This document shows positions 1-9,093 of a stretch of DNA of 64,000 nt, in pieces. The stretch's first letter is position 1. Every line of letters starts with the position of its first letter. The DNA is from Myxococcales bacterium (GTDB taxonomy: Bacteria; Myxococcota_A; Bradymonadia; UBA7976; UBA1532), in assembly GCA_002731825.1 (NCBI GenBank), contig PCCS01000006.1, positions 99,311-163,310 of the forward strand, given 5' to 3'. The notes below the pieces were generated by a model. It ran no database searches, was not told where the DNA came from, and worked only from the letters and a program-made list of their open reading frames with translations. Made by a program: the position numbers and the translations under genes.

Positions 1-841
1 GTGCTGGATTGTCAATCCGTCGTCTGACAGTGAGACCTCGATGCGACTTTGGGATGCGCCCACGCAAGTGAAGTCGAGTTTTATCTCGATAAGCGGATGC
101 ACTTAAGCTCAAACTCTCCGATCCGGCATCTGTTGTACGGGCATCGTTCTTGATATTGAAATGGTGTCGAGTCGGCCTGATTCTGACAATGGGCGGTGAA
201 TCAACAGTCTTCGCCGGTCTGATATTGATGGACACGCTGTTGAAGTTAATGCTCATTGCGCCAGATGCTGCTCGATATGCACTGTCTTGATTCTTGTCGT
301 TGAATCCTGGAGCCATGGTTTCTTGAGTAAAGTACGTATCATCAACAAATAGGTTTCCATCGACTCGCTTTAAACCATGTTCAATTTTTGCATCGCTGAC
401 CAATTTCCATAATGACTCGCTCACGAATCGCGGATCGCCCTTCCCTATCAAATATAGATTTCGAGCATGTCCCCGACTAAATTTATCAGCTGCAAGCGCC
501 GTTTTCCATCGGTACCCAGGCCCTAAGAGTTCTAGGCCTGCCGCCGTCGTTATCAGCTTTGTATTGGATGCCGGATGTAAGCTTTGGTCAGGCGAACTTT
601 CAAACAGGACATCTCCGGTCTTGGTACGCTGAAAGACCACGCTGAGCTTAATCTTCGCTAAAGACTTGTCTTGTAAAATTCTTTTGGCTTTTTTCGCCAT
701 GGCCCCAAGTTCAGCGTCCAATGGCTTTTCAATCCCAACGCTTTTCTTTGCAAAGCCAACGAGGGGAATGAGGCTGAAAACAACACCTACGAACAGTCTA
801 GGTGTGTAGCTTAAAAACCAACTTTTAGCGTTCAAAAACAT
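1..841 (-). CDS. D-alanyl-D-alanine carboxypeptidase/endopeptidase (PBP4/DacB family). The N-terminal part is present and the C-terminus runs off the window edge.
   Basis: Minus-strand reading from the ATG at 841..839 gives MFLNAKSWFLSYTPRLFVGVVFSLIPLVGFAKK (signal peptide). It continues through an SxxK active-site context (PASNTKLITTAAGLELLG), which is typical of PBP4. This ORF is absent from the track only because it is open at the window edge. Confidence 0.7.
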   Translation of the reverse strand, partial: MFLNAKSWFLSYTPRLFVGVVFSLIPLVGFAKKSVGIEKPLDAELGAMAKKAKRILQDKSLAKIKLSVVFQRTKTGDVLFESSPDQSLHPASNTKLITTAAGLELLGPGYRWKTALAADKFSRGHARNLYLIGKGDPRFVSESLWKLVSDAKIEHGLKRVDGNLFVDDTYFTQETMAPGFNDKNQDSAYRAASGAMSINFNSVSINIRPAKTVDSPPIVRIRPTRHHFNIKNDARTTDAGSESLSLSASAYRDKTRLHLRGRIPKSHRGLTVRRRIDNPA

Positions 842-2533
842 TTAACGACCACCAAGCCGCCTTTGGACAGCAGGCGGAGCTGACGCAACGAGTGTCATCC
901 ATAACTTGGAATCAACCGTAGAATATTTCCGGTCTGTTAAAAGAGGTCTAATGGCCTTATAGCCATCGGGCTTGCCCGGCACCATTTCAATGGCACGAGT
1001 GAGCAGTTTAACGGCCTGTTGTTCATAGACACGCGTTGACTGTTCAGCCATCTCGCTCGCCAGTGCCATCAGACGACCGAGTCTCAAATTAATGTAATAG
1101 ATCGATCGCGAAAATTCAGCATCATCGGTCTGTTCTTGAGTTAAATACACATAGGGTGCCTGGTCTTTGAGAAAGCCCGCCACCAACTCGATTACAGCAC
1201 GCCGTCTACCCCTTGCCTTCAAAAGATCTATCTTCTTGAGAACTGACCGACTTAACCAAGCAAAATCATCTGCTTGAGCCCGAGGATCCGTCTCATTCGC
1301 ATGTAGTGCGCTTTGTAAATACAAACGTGCACGATGCGTATCACCGAGCCTGATCAATGTTCGACCCACTGCAGCCATCGCGATGTGATCAAACCGTTTT
1401 TGGTTCGATATGGAATGGACAGCTAATTCAAGCGCTTGTCGTGCAGCGGGTAGATCACCTGCACCGATGGAAACTTCAGCTGCGTATGCAGCTGGACGAG
1501 CAGGAATAGGTAATCCGTGTTCATTGAGCAGAGCCATCATTTGAATACTACGCGCAACAGAGTTCAATTCTGAGGACGTCAATTCATCGAGTTCGGCTTT
1601 TGGCCGTCGAACCCATTGCAGTAGGTCGACCGATGCCAGTTGTCGGGCAACAACATCACCAACCTCATCGAGCATTGCATGAATATCTGGCAGATCGCTT
1701 TTTGGTTGTATTGATTCACATAATTCAGAAACAACCGCTTCAAGTTCAGGTATAGTCGCAGCGATAAGAACCTGAAAACCTTTATTTTTCCAGTATGTTG
1801 ACCACAGTTTATTAGACAAACGAGTACAAAGAAAAGATGTCCCCGATAGAGGGGCAAATGTCTCTGTTATCCATCTTAAAACTGGGTCATTGGGATCGAA
1901 TCCATACAGGATAACGGGTCCATCGCCGAAACTCTTTTCGATAAACCTCTTCACCCCAGGATTCTGAGTTAAACGCTGCTTGACGCCATCGATTGTGACT
2001 GAAGACTCATCGACCCATAGGTCACCACGAACTTTGATTACGTCTTTTTCACCAGGCAGATTCTGAGATTGGGATACTAAATCCGAATCGGAACAGATGT
2101 ACCGAAATTTCTGATTGATCGATCGCAATACGGCATTGGTCAGATTATGCAGATCTAGGTCGATCACAGTCGAAAAAGGCAGACTGAGAAGTTGTTTCTG
2201 AAATGGCTTGACCTGGTCTATTAACATCTCATCTGAAGGAAAATATTCGGCCAATTCATTTCTTAATCGATCACCGCCCAAATCGGTTTCCACAAGACGA
2301 AATCTATCGTGTAGATCCATTCCATCCCAACTGGAACCATCGCTGATACGGGCCGACATTTCATTGATGAATTCATCAGTTCCGAGACAGTCTAACTGTC
2401 TTGAAAATAACGGGCCGAGTACAAGTACACCTCGTCCTTGAGCTAAAGCAGATCTAAGTCTTTTTATTTTGGAAGCCTTATCCATAGACTTAATTTTAGT
2501 CCTAGTTTCATTACTTAGCCAATTCGCGCCCAA
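842..2533 (-). CDS. SIR2_2-like domain protein with a C-terminal TPR-like helical region (putative NAD-binding/NADase-type protein).
   Basis: 563-aa ORF. The N-terminus reads RGVLVLGPLFS, close to the SIR2_2 VLFLGAGxS motif. It also has IKVRGDLW (close to KLHGSxxW) and PVILYGFDPNDPVLRWI (close to LFxGYSxxDxxIRxI). I see no P-loop. The C-terminal half is helical and TPR-like. The start could instead be the internal MDKASKIK. Confidence 0.5.
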   Translation of the reverse strand: MGANWLSNETRTKIKSMDKASKIKRLRSALAQGRGVLVLGPLFSRQLDCLGTDEFINEMSARISDGSSWDGMDLHDRFRLVETDLGGDRLRNELAEYFPSDEMLIDQVKPFQKQLLSLPFSTVIDLDLHNLTNAVLRSINQKFRYICSDSDLVSQSQNLPGEKDVIKVRGDLWVDESSVTIDGVKQRLTQNPGVKRFIEKSFGDGPVILYGFDPNDPVLRWITETFAPLSGTSFLCTRLSNKLWSTYWKNKGFQVLIAATIPELEAVVSELCESIQPKSDLPDIHAMLDEVGDVVARQLASVDLLQWVRRPKAELDELTSSELNSVARSIQMMALLNEHGLPIPARPAAYAAEVSIGAGDLPAARQALELAVHSISNQKRFDHIAMAAVGRTLIRLGDTHRARLYLQSALHANETDPRAQADDFAWLSRSVLKKIDLLKARGRRRAVIELVAGFLKDQAPYVYLTQEQTDDAEFSRSIYYINLRLGRLMALASEMAEQSTRVYEQQAVKLLTRAIEMVPGKPDGYKAIRPLLTDRKYSTVDSKLWMTLVASAPPAVQRRLGGR

Positions 2534-2544
2534 AATTTAGAAAA

Positions 2545-3561
2545 CTAAAGACGAAGTTGGTGAGCTATACGCCTAATAAGAGCCGGCCCTTCGTAAATAA
2601 ATCCGCTGTATAACTGCACTAGGGAGGCACCTGCATCAACAAACGCCTGAGCATGCTCGACTTCCGAAATCCCCCCGACGGCAATAATTGGTAAATCAGT
2701 CAGCCGGCGAAGATTCTCAACTGTTTTTAGAGCCCGATGATGGAGGGGTCGACCACTCAATCCACCCGCGCCAATAAGGTCTAATTGGTTTGCCGGAGTA
2801 TTTAAGCCATCCCGATTGATTGTCGTATTAGTTGCGGTAAATCCAGCGGCCCCATTTTCAAGAGCGAGAGTAACAACCGATTCCAGCTGAGTCTGAGACA
2901 AATCAGGTGACACCTTGACAAGATAGGGTACTGGCTTGTCTCCGATGACACGTCGAATTTCTGGTAAAAGTTGTCCAAGAGCATCTGGATCTTCGAATGT
3001 ACGGCCATCACCGGAATTTGGACAGCTGACATTAATCACAAGCACATCAGCGACATCGACCAATAATTTAACGCTTTCGCAATAATCATCGATGGCTAAA
3101 TCATCGATAATGGTTGAGTCGTGTGATTTGGCTATATTTACGAAAATTGGGCAACGTCGATCAACCTTTGAAAGCCGTTGCGAAATGGCCAGAGCCCCCT
3201 GATTATTCAAGCCCATTCGATTGATCAAAGCTCGATCATTTTTGAGACGAAACAACCGGGGTTGAGGATTTCCAGATGCTGGACGCGCCGTTGCTGACCC
3301 AATTTCAATAAAACCAAAGCCTAAACAGGAAAGAACGTCTATGTGCTCTCCATTTTTATCAAAACCGGCTGCAAGACCGATAGGATTCAGGAATGTTTGA
3401 CCTAAAAGTGTACGAGGCGTCTGATTTCGTCGGTGGTAAATCCGCCTCAAGAGCGACTTGACCCCTGGAATAGAACAAACGAAATGAAGGCATGCCAATG
3501 CAAAATGGTGTGCATTTTCTGGCTTTAAAAAAAATAAGATACGTCTGATTAACCGATACAT
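2545..3561 (-). CDS. pyrD: dihydroorotate dehydrogenase (quinone), class 2
   Basis: 338 aa with an N-terminal membrane-associated helix, FLNPIGLAAGFDKNGE, and the conserved PyrD motifs IEIGSATARP...NRMGLNNQG...AVGGI. Confidence 0.9.
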   Translation of the reverse strand: MYRLIRRILFFLKPENAHHFALACLHFVCSIPGVKSLLRRIYHRRNQTPRTLLGQTFLNPIGLAAGFDKNGEHIDVLSCLGFGFIEIGSATARPASGNPQPRLFRLKNDRALINRMGLNNQGALAISQRLSKVDRRCPIFVNIAKSHDSTIIDDLAIDDYCESVKLLVDVADVLVINVSCPNSGDGRTFEDPDALGQLLPEIRRVIGDKPVPYLVKVSPDLSQTQLESVVTLALENGAAGFTATNTTINRDGLNTPANQLDLIGAGGLSGRPLHHRALKTVENLRRLTDLPIIAVGGISEVEHAQAFVDAGASLVQLYSGFIYEGPALIRRIAHQLRL

Positions 3562-3964
3562 ATTCGTGAAGCTGCTCTGTATTGATTTATTTTCTATTAG
3601 GCCGAAAAAAAAATTATCACCAGCCCCTTGTTAATATCTCTGTTTATGAAACGTGAGGTTTAGTCAGACACTAAATTATGGAGCAGTGCTTATGGAGAAA
3701 AAACCTAAAAAACCGTATTTATAAACAGTTTTGAAATGAAGTTTTTAAAATAAAAATAATTACTTACAGATTTTAAAACAGATTTAACAGGGCCTAATTC
3801 TAATACTAAAAACTATATTTGTTTAAATTTATATAAGTCTTAGATAATGCACATGTGGAAAACGATATTTTTTAGATATCTATCTCGATATTTTACTCGT
3901 TGCAAAGCACTCTAACTGCATGTAAGTCAACGTAGTCTAGTGGCTGTCAGATAGGAGCTTTTTT
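3562..3964. promoter_or_regulatory. AT-rich 400-bp intergenic region upstream of dnaN. It has a DnaA-box-like 9-mer (TGTGGAAAA at 3855..3863) and long A/T tracts. It may be an oriC/DUE-like region or the dnaN promoter region.
   Basis: GC content is visibly very low here compared with the flanks. One 8/9 match to the DnaA box TTATCCACA lies on the complement at 3855..3863, and a 7/9 match (TTATCACCA) at 3614..3622. A strong RBS (AGGAG) sits 8 nt before the dnaN ATG. Confidence 0.3.
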
Positions 3965-5077
3965 ATGAAATTTGCAATCAACCGGGATTTATTTGGGAAG
4001 GCACTTGGTCGTATCCAAGGTGTGTTGAGCAGACGAGCCAGTCTACCTGTATTATCTAACGTGAGGTTAGAGGTTATGGATGAAGGCAAGCTTCGAATTT
4101 CAGCGACTGATTTGGATGTGACCTACGATGGATATCTCTTATGCCGCAGTGCTGCCAAAGGCAGCGTAACGGTCGATGGTAAGCGACTTTACGAGGTTGT
4201 TCGCAGCCTCCCAGGCGAGGAAGTTGATATCGACGTAACAGATGAATCGAGAATCGTCCTCAAATGTAAAAATGCAGAGTTTGTTCTACTGGGTACATCG
4301 AGTGACACCTATCCAGCATTACCCGATGCCCATGGGGTTAAGTTATTTTCTGTAGACGGCGTGGGTCTTAGAGAGTTGCTTGAGCGTTCGATGCTTTCGA
4401 TTTCTACAGATGAATCACGACCTAACCTAAATGGCGTTTATTTTCGATGTTTAGACAACAATCGAATTTGCATGGTCTCGACGGATGGCCATCGTCTAAG
4501 CCAAGGTGAACGAAGTGTTGATAGAGACGCACCAATTCCAGAACACGACGGCGTAATTATCCCTCGCAAAGGGATTCTTGAACTGAAGAGAATGTTAGAT
4601 GAAGCGGGTAAGGAAGTATCTTTCGGCTTTCTCGATAATAACATCGTCATTGCATCGTCAAATAGCTTTTTATTTGTTCGCCTGATCGATGCAACTTTTC
4701 CCGATTATATGCAGGTTATTCCTAAGTCGAGTGAACGTGTGATCGTACTGGATCGAGTTCCGTTTCTCGATTCGTTAAAGCGCATTGGCCTTTTGGCGAG
4801 TGAGCGGACTCATGGTGTTCGAATTGAACTCACAGATGGTTTGATGACTTTATTGAGTGACAATCCAGAGTTCGGTAAGGCCAGAGAAGAAATTGAAATC
4901 GACTACAATGGTGGTGATTTAATTATTGCCTTCAATGCCAAGTATGTCATCGAAATACTCAGTACTTTGGGTGCTGCTAAAGTAGAGATGGCTCTCAATG
5001 AGGCACTCTCGCCTGGATTGTTTAGAGAACACCAGAATGATGAGTACTTGTTTGTTGTAATGCCAATGCGTCTCTAG
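3965..5077 (+). CDS. dnaN: DNA polymerase III beta sliding clamp
   Basis: 370 aa with a typical DnaN N-terminus (MKFAINRDLF...LSNVRLE) and three-domain length. It sits immediately upstream of recF. Confidence 0.95.
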   Translation: MKFAINRDLFGKALGRIQGVLSRRASLPVLSNVRLEVMDEGKLRISATDLDVTYDGYLLCRSAAKGSVTVDGKRLYEVVRSLPGEEVDIDVTDESRIVLKCKNAEFVLLGTSSDTYPALPDAHGVKLFSVDGVGLRELLERSMLSISTDESRPNLNGVYFRCLDNNRICMVSTDGHRLSQGERSVDRDAPIPEHDGVIIPRKGILELKRMLDEAGKEVSFGFLDNNIVIASSNSFLFVRLIDATFPDYMQVIPKSSERVIVLDRVPFLDSLKRIGLLASERTHGVRIELTDGLMTLLSDNPEFGKAREEIEIDYNGGDLIIAFNAKYVIEILSTLGAAKVEMALNEALSPGLFREHQNDEYLFVVMPMRL

Positions 5078-5082
5078 TCGCG

Positions 5083-6168
5083 GTGGATATACAAAGCCTA
5101 AATGTGCGGAATTTTCGAAATCTTCGTCACATTGATTTTGAACCACATCCACGCTTCAACATTATCAGTGGTCAAAACGGTCAAGGTAAAACTAATCTTA
5201 TTGAATCAATTTATTGGTTAGCAACTCTTCGACCTTTTAGAACAACCCGTATCAGAGAGTTGGTTGCTTGGTCTGAGGATGAATCTTCAGTTGATGCTAG
5301 GATTCGTCATTTAGGTCTGGACCATCGTCTCAGCGTACAAATAAAAAATGGCCAAAGACTCGCCCAACGGGAAGGTAAGAAAACCCGAGCTAATCAGTAT
5401 TTTGGTGCTCTATCTGTCGTTTTATTTACGCCCGATGATGTTGGCTTAGTCAGGGGCGCACCGGACGGCCGACGCCGTTTTCTTGATCGAGCAATATTTA
5501 CTGGAAAACCCACTCATTTTGATGATTGTGTTGCATATAGACGAGCCCTAGACGCTCGAAATAAACTTCTTCGGGACAATGCATCCGATGATTTATTAGA
5601 TGTCTATGAGCAGACTTTAGCTCGAATCGGCAGTCAAATCATTAAATCGCGAACCTCATTCATCAAATCCGTTAACTCTATGTTTGTAGAAAATGTTGAT
5701 GCCATCTTAGGCGATGGAGCAGCGGCTGAAATTCGATATAAAAGGTCTGCTTCGACCGATGAATCAATCGAGGATGAACTCATACAAATTTGGCTAAAAG
5801 ACCGACAGCGAGATCGAGACAGGGGATTTACGCAAAAAGGACCTCATTCTGAGGATCTCGTTGTTTCATTGTCTGGTCACAATGCCAGAAACTATGCTAG
5901 CCAAGGCCAACAGAGGGCGTTAGTACTCGCACTTAAAATTGCTGAAATCCAATTGTTGAAAAAGAGACAAGATCAGGTACCTGTCGTTTTACTAGATGAT
6001 GTTTCAAGCGAATTAGATGCTTATAGAAATGAGAGATTGTTTCATTTCTTGAATCGTTTTGAAGGACAGGTCTTTATCACAACGACAGACCCTGCTTATC
6101 TACGAATTGATGGTGACAAAAAACAGTTCAGCATCGAACGTGGCAGCTTATCGATACAGGAGACATAG
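5083..6168 (+). CDS. recF: DNA replication and repair protein RecF
   Basis: 361 aa with Walker A GQNGQGKTNLIES, a C-terminal LLDDVSSELD signature/Walker B region, and the conserved dnaN-recF order. Confidence 0.9.
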   Translation: MDIQSLNVRNFRNLRHIDFEPHPRFNIISGQNGQGKTNLIESIYWLATLRPFRTTRIRELVAWSEDESSVDARIRHLGLDHRLSVQIKNGQRLAQREGKKTRANQYFGALSVVLFTPDDVGLVRGAPDGRRRFLDRAIFTGKPTHFDDCVAYRRALDARNKLLRDNASDDLLDVYEQTLARIGSQIIKSRTSFIKSVNSMFVENVDAILGDGAAAEIRYKRSASTDESIEDELIQIWLKDRQRDRDRGFTQKGPHSEDLVVSLSGHNARNYASQGQQRALVLALKIAEIQLLKKRQDQVPVVLLDDVSSELDAYRNERLFHFLNRFEGQVFITTTDPAYLRIDGDKKQFSIERGSLSIQET

Positions 6169-6171
6169 GGC

Positions 6172-7455
6172 GTGGAAAAATTTGTCATTGATGGCCGTAG
6201 ACGATTATCTGGTTCAGTTACACCCAGCGGAAATAAAAACGAGGCTTTACCAACACTTGCAGCATGCTTATTGACTGAAGAACCGGTTATTTTAAGAAAT
6301 GTGCCTCGCATTAGAGACGTTGGTGTCATGTGTCAAGTCTTGGAACGTCAAGGGGCAACCGTTGAATGGCTCAGTGAAAATGATGTAAAGATTTGTGCCG
6401 CAAATGTTCGAGGTGCAGCTCTAGATGCACCACTTTGTAGCCGTATTAGGGCGTCTATTCTATTTGCTGGCCCAATGGTTGCCCGGTTGGGCCATGTGAT
6501 TTTACCGCCCCCTGGTGGAGATGTAATCGGTCGACGACGAGTTGATACACACCTCCATGCCTTTCAAGCCCTGGGTGCGAGTATTGACGTTGAAAAAGCG
6601 TACGATATTAGAGCAGGCCGGTTGGTCGCATCAGACATTTTTCTCGATGAAGCGTCTGTGACTGGTACAGAGAACGCGATCATGGCCGCCTCTCTCGCAA
6701 AAGGAACAACAATTATTAGAAATGCAGCCTGTGAGCCGCATGTGTGTGGTTTGGCTCGAATGCTCGTTGCTATGGGCGCAAAGATAGAAGGTATTGGGTC
6801 TAATACCTTGTTTATCGAAGGGGTTGATAAGCTCGGCGGCTGCGATCATACCATCGAGAGCGATTATCTCGAAATAGGCAGTTTTATAGGCCTTGCAGCC
6901 GTCACAAAAAGCCCCCTGACAATCAATCGAGTTCAGCCCGACAATTTAAGAATGATCCGAATGGTTTTTGACCGACTTGGTGTGCGTACGGAATTAAATG
7001 GAGACACACTTTTCGTACCTGAGGACCAATCTTTACAAATTAAGCCAGACTATCACGGACATGTACCCCGAGTTGATGATGCAATTTGGCCTGCATTCCC
7101 GACCGACTTAATGAGTATTGTGATCACGGTTGCAACACAGTGTAAGGGTACGGTTCTTTTCTTCGAAAAGATGTTCGAAGGACGAATGTTCTTTACGGAC
7201 CACTTACAAAATATGGGTGCGCAAATTATTCTCTGCGATCCCCATCGAGTCGTGGTTGTTGGACCCCAAACATTGAGGGGTGGACGGGTCGAAAGTCCTG
7301 ATGTACGTGCGGGCATGGCATTGCTGATCGCTGGTTTGTGCTCCGTCGGCAAGACGGAAATTTATAACATTCACCAAATTGACCGCGGCTATCAGCGAAT
7401 TGAAGAAAAATTGGTCAAAATTGGAGCTGCCATTCGTCGACAATCCGTTGATTAA
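6172..7455 (+). CDS. murA: UDP-N-acetylglucosamine 1-carboxyvinyltransferase
   Basis: 427 aa with the MurA N-terminus (xFxIxGGxxLxGxVxxSGNKNEALP), in an EPSP-synthase-like fold family. Confidence 0.95.
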   Translation: MEKFVIDGRRRLSGSVTPSGNKNEALPTLAACLLTEEPVILRNVPRIRDVGVMCQVLERQGATVEWLSENDVKICAANVRGAALDAPLCSRIRASILFAGPMVARLGHVILPPPGGDVIGRRRVDTHLHAFQALGASIDVEKAYDIRAGRLVASDIFLDEASVTGTENAIMAASLAKGTTIIRNAACEPHVCGLARMLVAMGAKIEGIGSNTLFIEGVDKLGGCDHTIESDYLEIGSFIGLAAVTKSPLTINRVQPDNLRMIRMVFDRLGVRTELNGDTLFVPEDQSLQIKPDYHGHVPRVDDAIWPAFPTDLMSIVITVATQCKGTVLFFEKMFEGRMFFTDHLQNMGAQIILCDPHRVVVVGPQTLRGGRVESPDVRAGMALLIAGLCSVGKTEIYNIHQIDRGYQRIEEKLVKIGAAIRRQSVD

Positions 7456-7480
7456 TCTCTCAAAATTTCGTTAAAAAGCT

Positions 7481-7517
7481 AAAAAAAAAAGGCTGGCACA
7501 TTGCCAGCCTTTCTTAG
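7481..7517. terminator. Bidirectional rho-independent terminator between murA (+) and ahcY (-).
   Basis: A10 run, then the hairpin GGCTGGCA-CAT-TGCCAGCC (7491..7510), then TTTCTT. The reverse complement gives a hairpin followed by a T10 run for the minus-strand ahcY transcript. Confidence 0.75.
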
Positions 7518-7534
7518 TCTAGGATATCCCTCAC

Positions 7535-9058
7535 CTAGTACCGATAATGGCCTGGCTTGTAGGGTCCTTCTTGGCCGACACCAATGTATGATGCTTGGTC
7601 ATTTGTAAGCTTCGTCAGCTCAACACCATATTTTGCGAGGTGCAGCCGAGCGACCTTCTCGTCGAGATGCTTTGGCAGAGTGATAACCTTCATTCCAATC
7701 GACTCCGCATTTTCTTGAAGGTCGATTTGTGCCAACACTTGGTTGGTGAAGGAGGCTGACATAACCAAACTCGGATGACCTGTTGCGCATCCAAGATTGA
7801 CCAAGCGACCTTCCGCTAGAATGATGATGGAGTGTCCCCCTCCGTTTGGACCATGGGTGGTGTTGGTGAAACGCCACTCATGTACCTGGGGCTTGATTTC
7901 GATCTTCTGGACGTCACCCGTGTCGAGCATTGCCTCGAGACCAGCCATGTCGATCTCATTATCGAAATGACCAATGTTACAGACGATGGCGTTATGCTTC
8001 ATCCTCATCATGTGGTCCGCTGTAATAATGTCTTTGTTGCCTGTTGCGGTGATAAAAATATCGAAGTCATCAAGGGCCTTTTCAACAGTGATGACATCAA
8101 GTCCAGCCATCGAAGCTTGGAGAGCACAAATTGGATCGATTTCAGTAATCGATATTTTGGCTTGCTGCCCTCGGAGAGCATCAACTGAGCCCTTACCTAC
8201 GTCGCCGAAACCGCATACAATCGCTCGCTTTCCACTGATCATCACGTCCGTAGCCCGCATAATCGCATCGACGAGTGAATGGCGGCATCCGTAAACGTTA
8301 TCAAACTTAGACTTCGTGACACTGTCGTTGACATTGATGGCTGGGAACAGCAGCGACTTATCCTCAACACGCTGGTATAGACGGTGTACCCCTGTTGTTG
8401 TCTCTTCTGAGACACCTCTGACCATCTCGGCGAATTGATGCCAGTACCGGAGGCCCTTGGCGTCTTGAACGTCGGCCAAGATTTGCAGTACAACCGCCTC
8501 TTCCTCGTTGTCGGCTGTCGATGGGTCTGGACGCTCGCCCTTCACTTCGTACTCATACCCCAGATGGATCAGCATGGTTGCATCCCCGCCGTCGTCCACG
8601 ATCAGCGTCGGTGCGACGTCATCGCCCCAATTGAGCGCTTGGAGTGTGCACCACCAGTATTCTTCCAGTGTCTCACCCTTCCAAGCAAAGACTGGAATCC
8701 CATTATTATTTCGGCCTGCAACAGCAGCCGCCGCTGCGTGGTCTTGCGTCGAAAAGATGTTGCAAGAAACCCATCGGATATCTGCGCCGAGGTCTTGCAG
8801 TGTTTCCATGAGCACAGCGGTCTGAATGGTCATGTGGAGCGAGCCCATGATACGAGCACCCTCTAAAGGCTTCGTTTCAGCAAACTCTTCGCGAAGTGCC
8901 ATCAAGCCAGGCATCTCGTGCTCGGCCAGTTCTATTTCTTTTCGGCCGAACCGAATGGCCTCTTCAGAGAGATCAGCGATTTTATGGTCGTATCCGCTGA
9001 AGAGTGGAAGTCCTGTCGACATAAAAGGCGCCTCGATCGTCGCGATGGCAGTAGACAT
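7535..9058 (-). CDS. ahcY: adenosylhomocysteinase (S-adenosyl-L-homocysteine hydrolase)
   Basis: Conserved AhcY blocks: [30 protein letters not shown], the NAD-binding GFGDVGKG, and the C-terminal [18 protein letters not shown]. The ORF opens at 9145. The best start is the ATG at 9058, which has AAGGAG 9 nt upstream. Alternatives are the ATG at 9097, which overlaps the metK stop as ATGA, and the ATG at 9022. Confidence 0.9.
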   Translation of the reverse strand: MSTAIATIEAPFMSTGLPLFSGYDHKIADLSEEAIRFGRKEIELAEHEMPGLMALREEFAETKPLEGARIMGSLHMTIQTAVLMETLQDLGADIRWVSCNIFSTQDHAAAAAVAGRNNNGIPVFAWKGETLEEYWWCTLQALNWGDDVAPTLIVDDGGDATMLIHLGYEYEVKGERPDPSTADNEEEAVVLQILADVQDAKGLRYWHQFAEMVRGVSEETTTGVHRLYQRVEDKSLLFPAINVNDSVTKSKFDNVYGCRHSLVDAIMRATDVMISGKRAIVCGFGDVGKGSVDALRGQQAKISITEIDPICALQASMAGLDVITVEKALDDFDIFITATGNKDIITADHMMRMKHNAIVCNIGHFDNEIDMAGLEAMLDTGDVQKIEIKPQVHEWRFTNTTHGPNGGGHSIIILAEGRLVNLGCATGHPSLVMSASFTNQVLAQIDLQENAESIGMKVITLPKHLDEKVARLHLAKYGVELTKLTNDQASYIGVGQEGPYKPGHYRY

Positions 9059-9093
9059 AGTGCCGTTCTCCTTGTGGTCGTAGTCTGTTGTAC

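Noticed and set aside
842-2533. The possibility that the SIR2-like protein is an Avs/STAND NTPase or part of a multi-gene defence island.
   Set aside because: There is no Walker A/B anywhere in the protein. The flanking genes are dacB, pyrD and dnaN, with no integrase, transposase, tRNA or direct repeats at the borders, so I cannot claim a mobile island.
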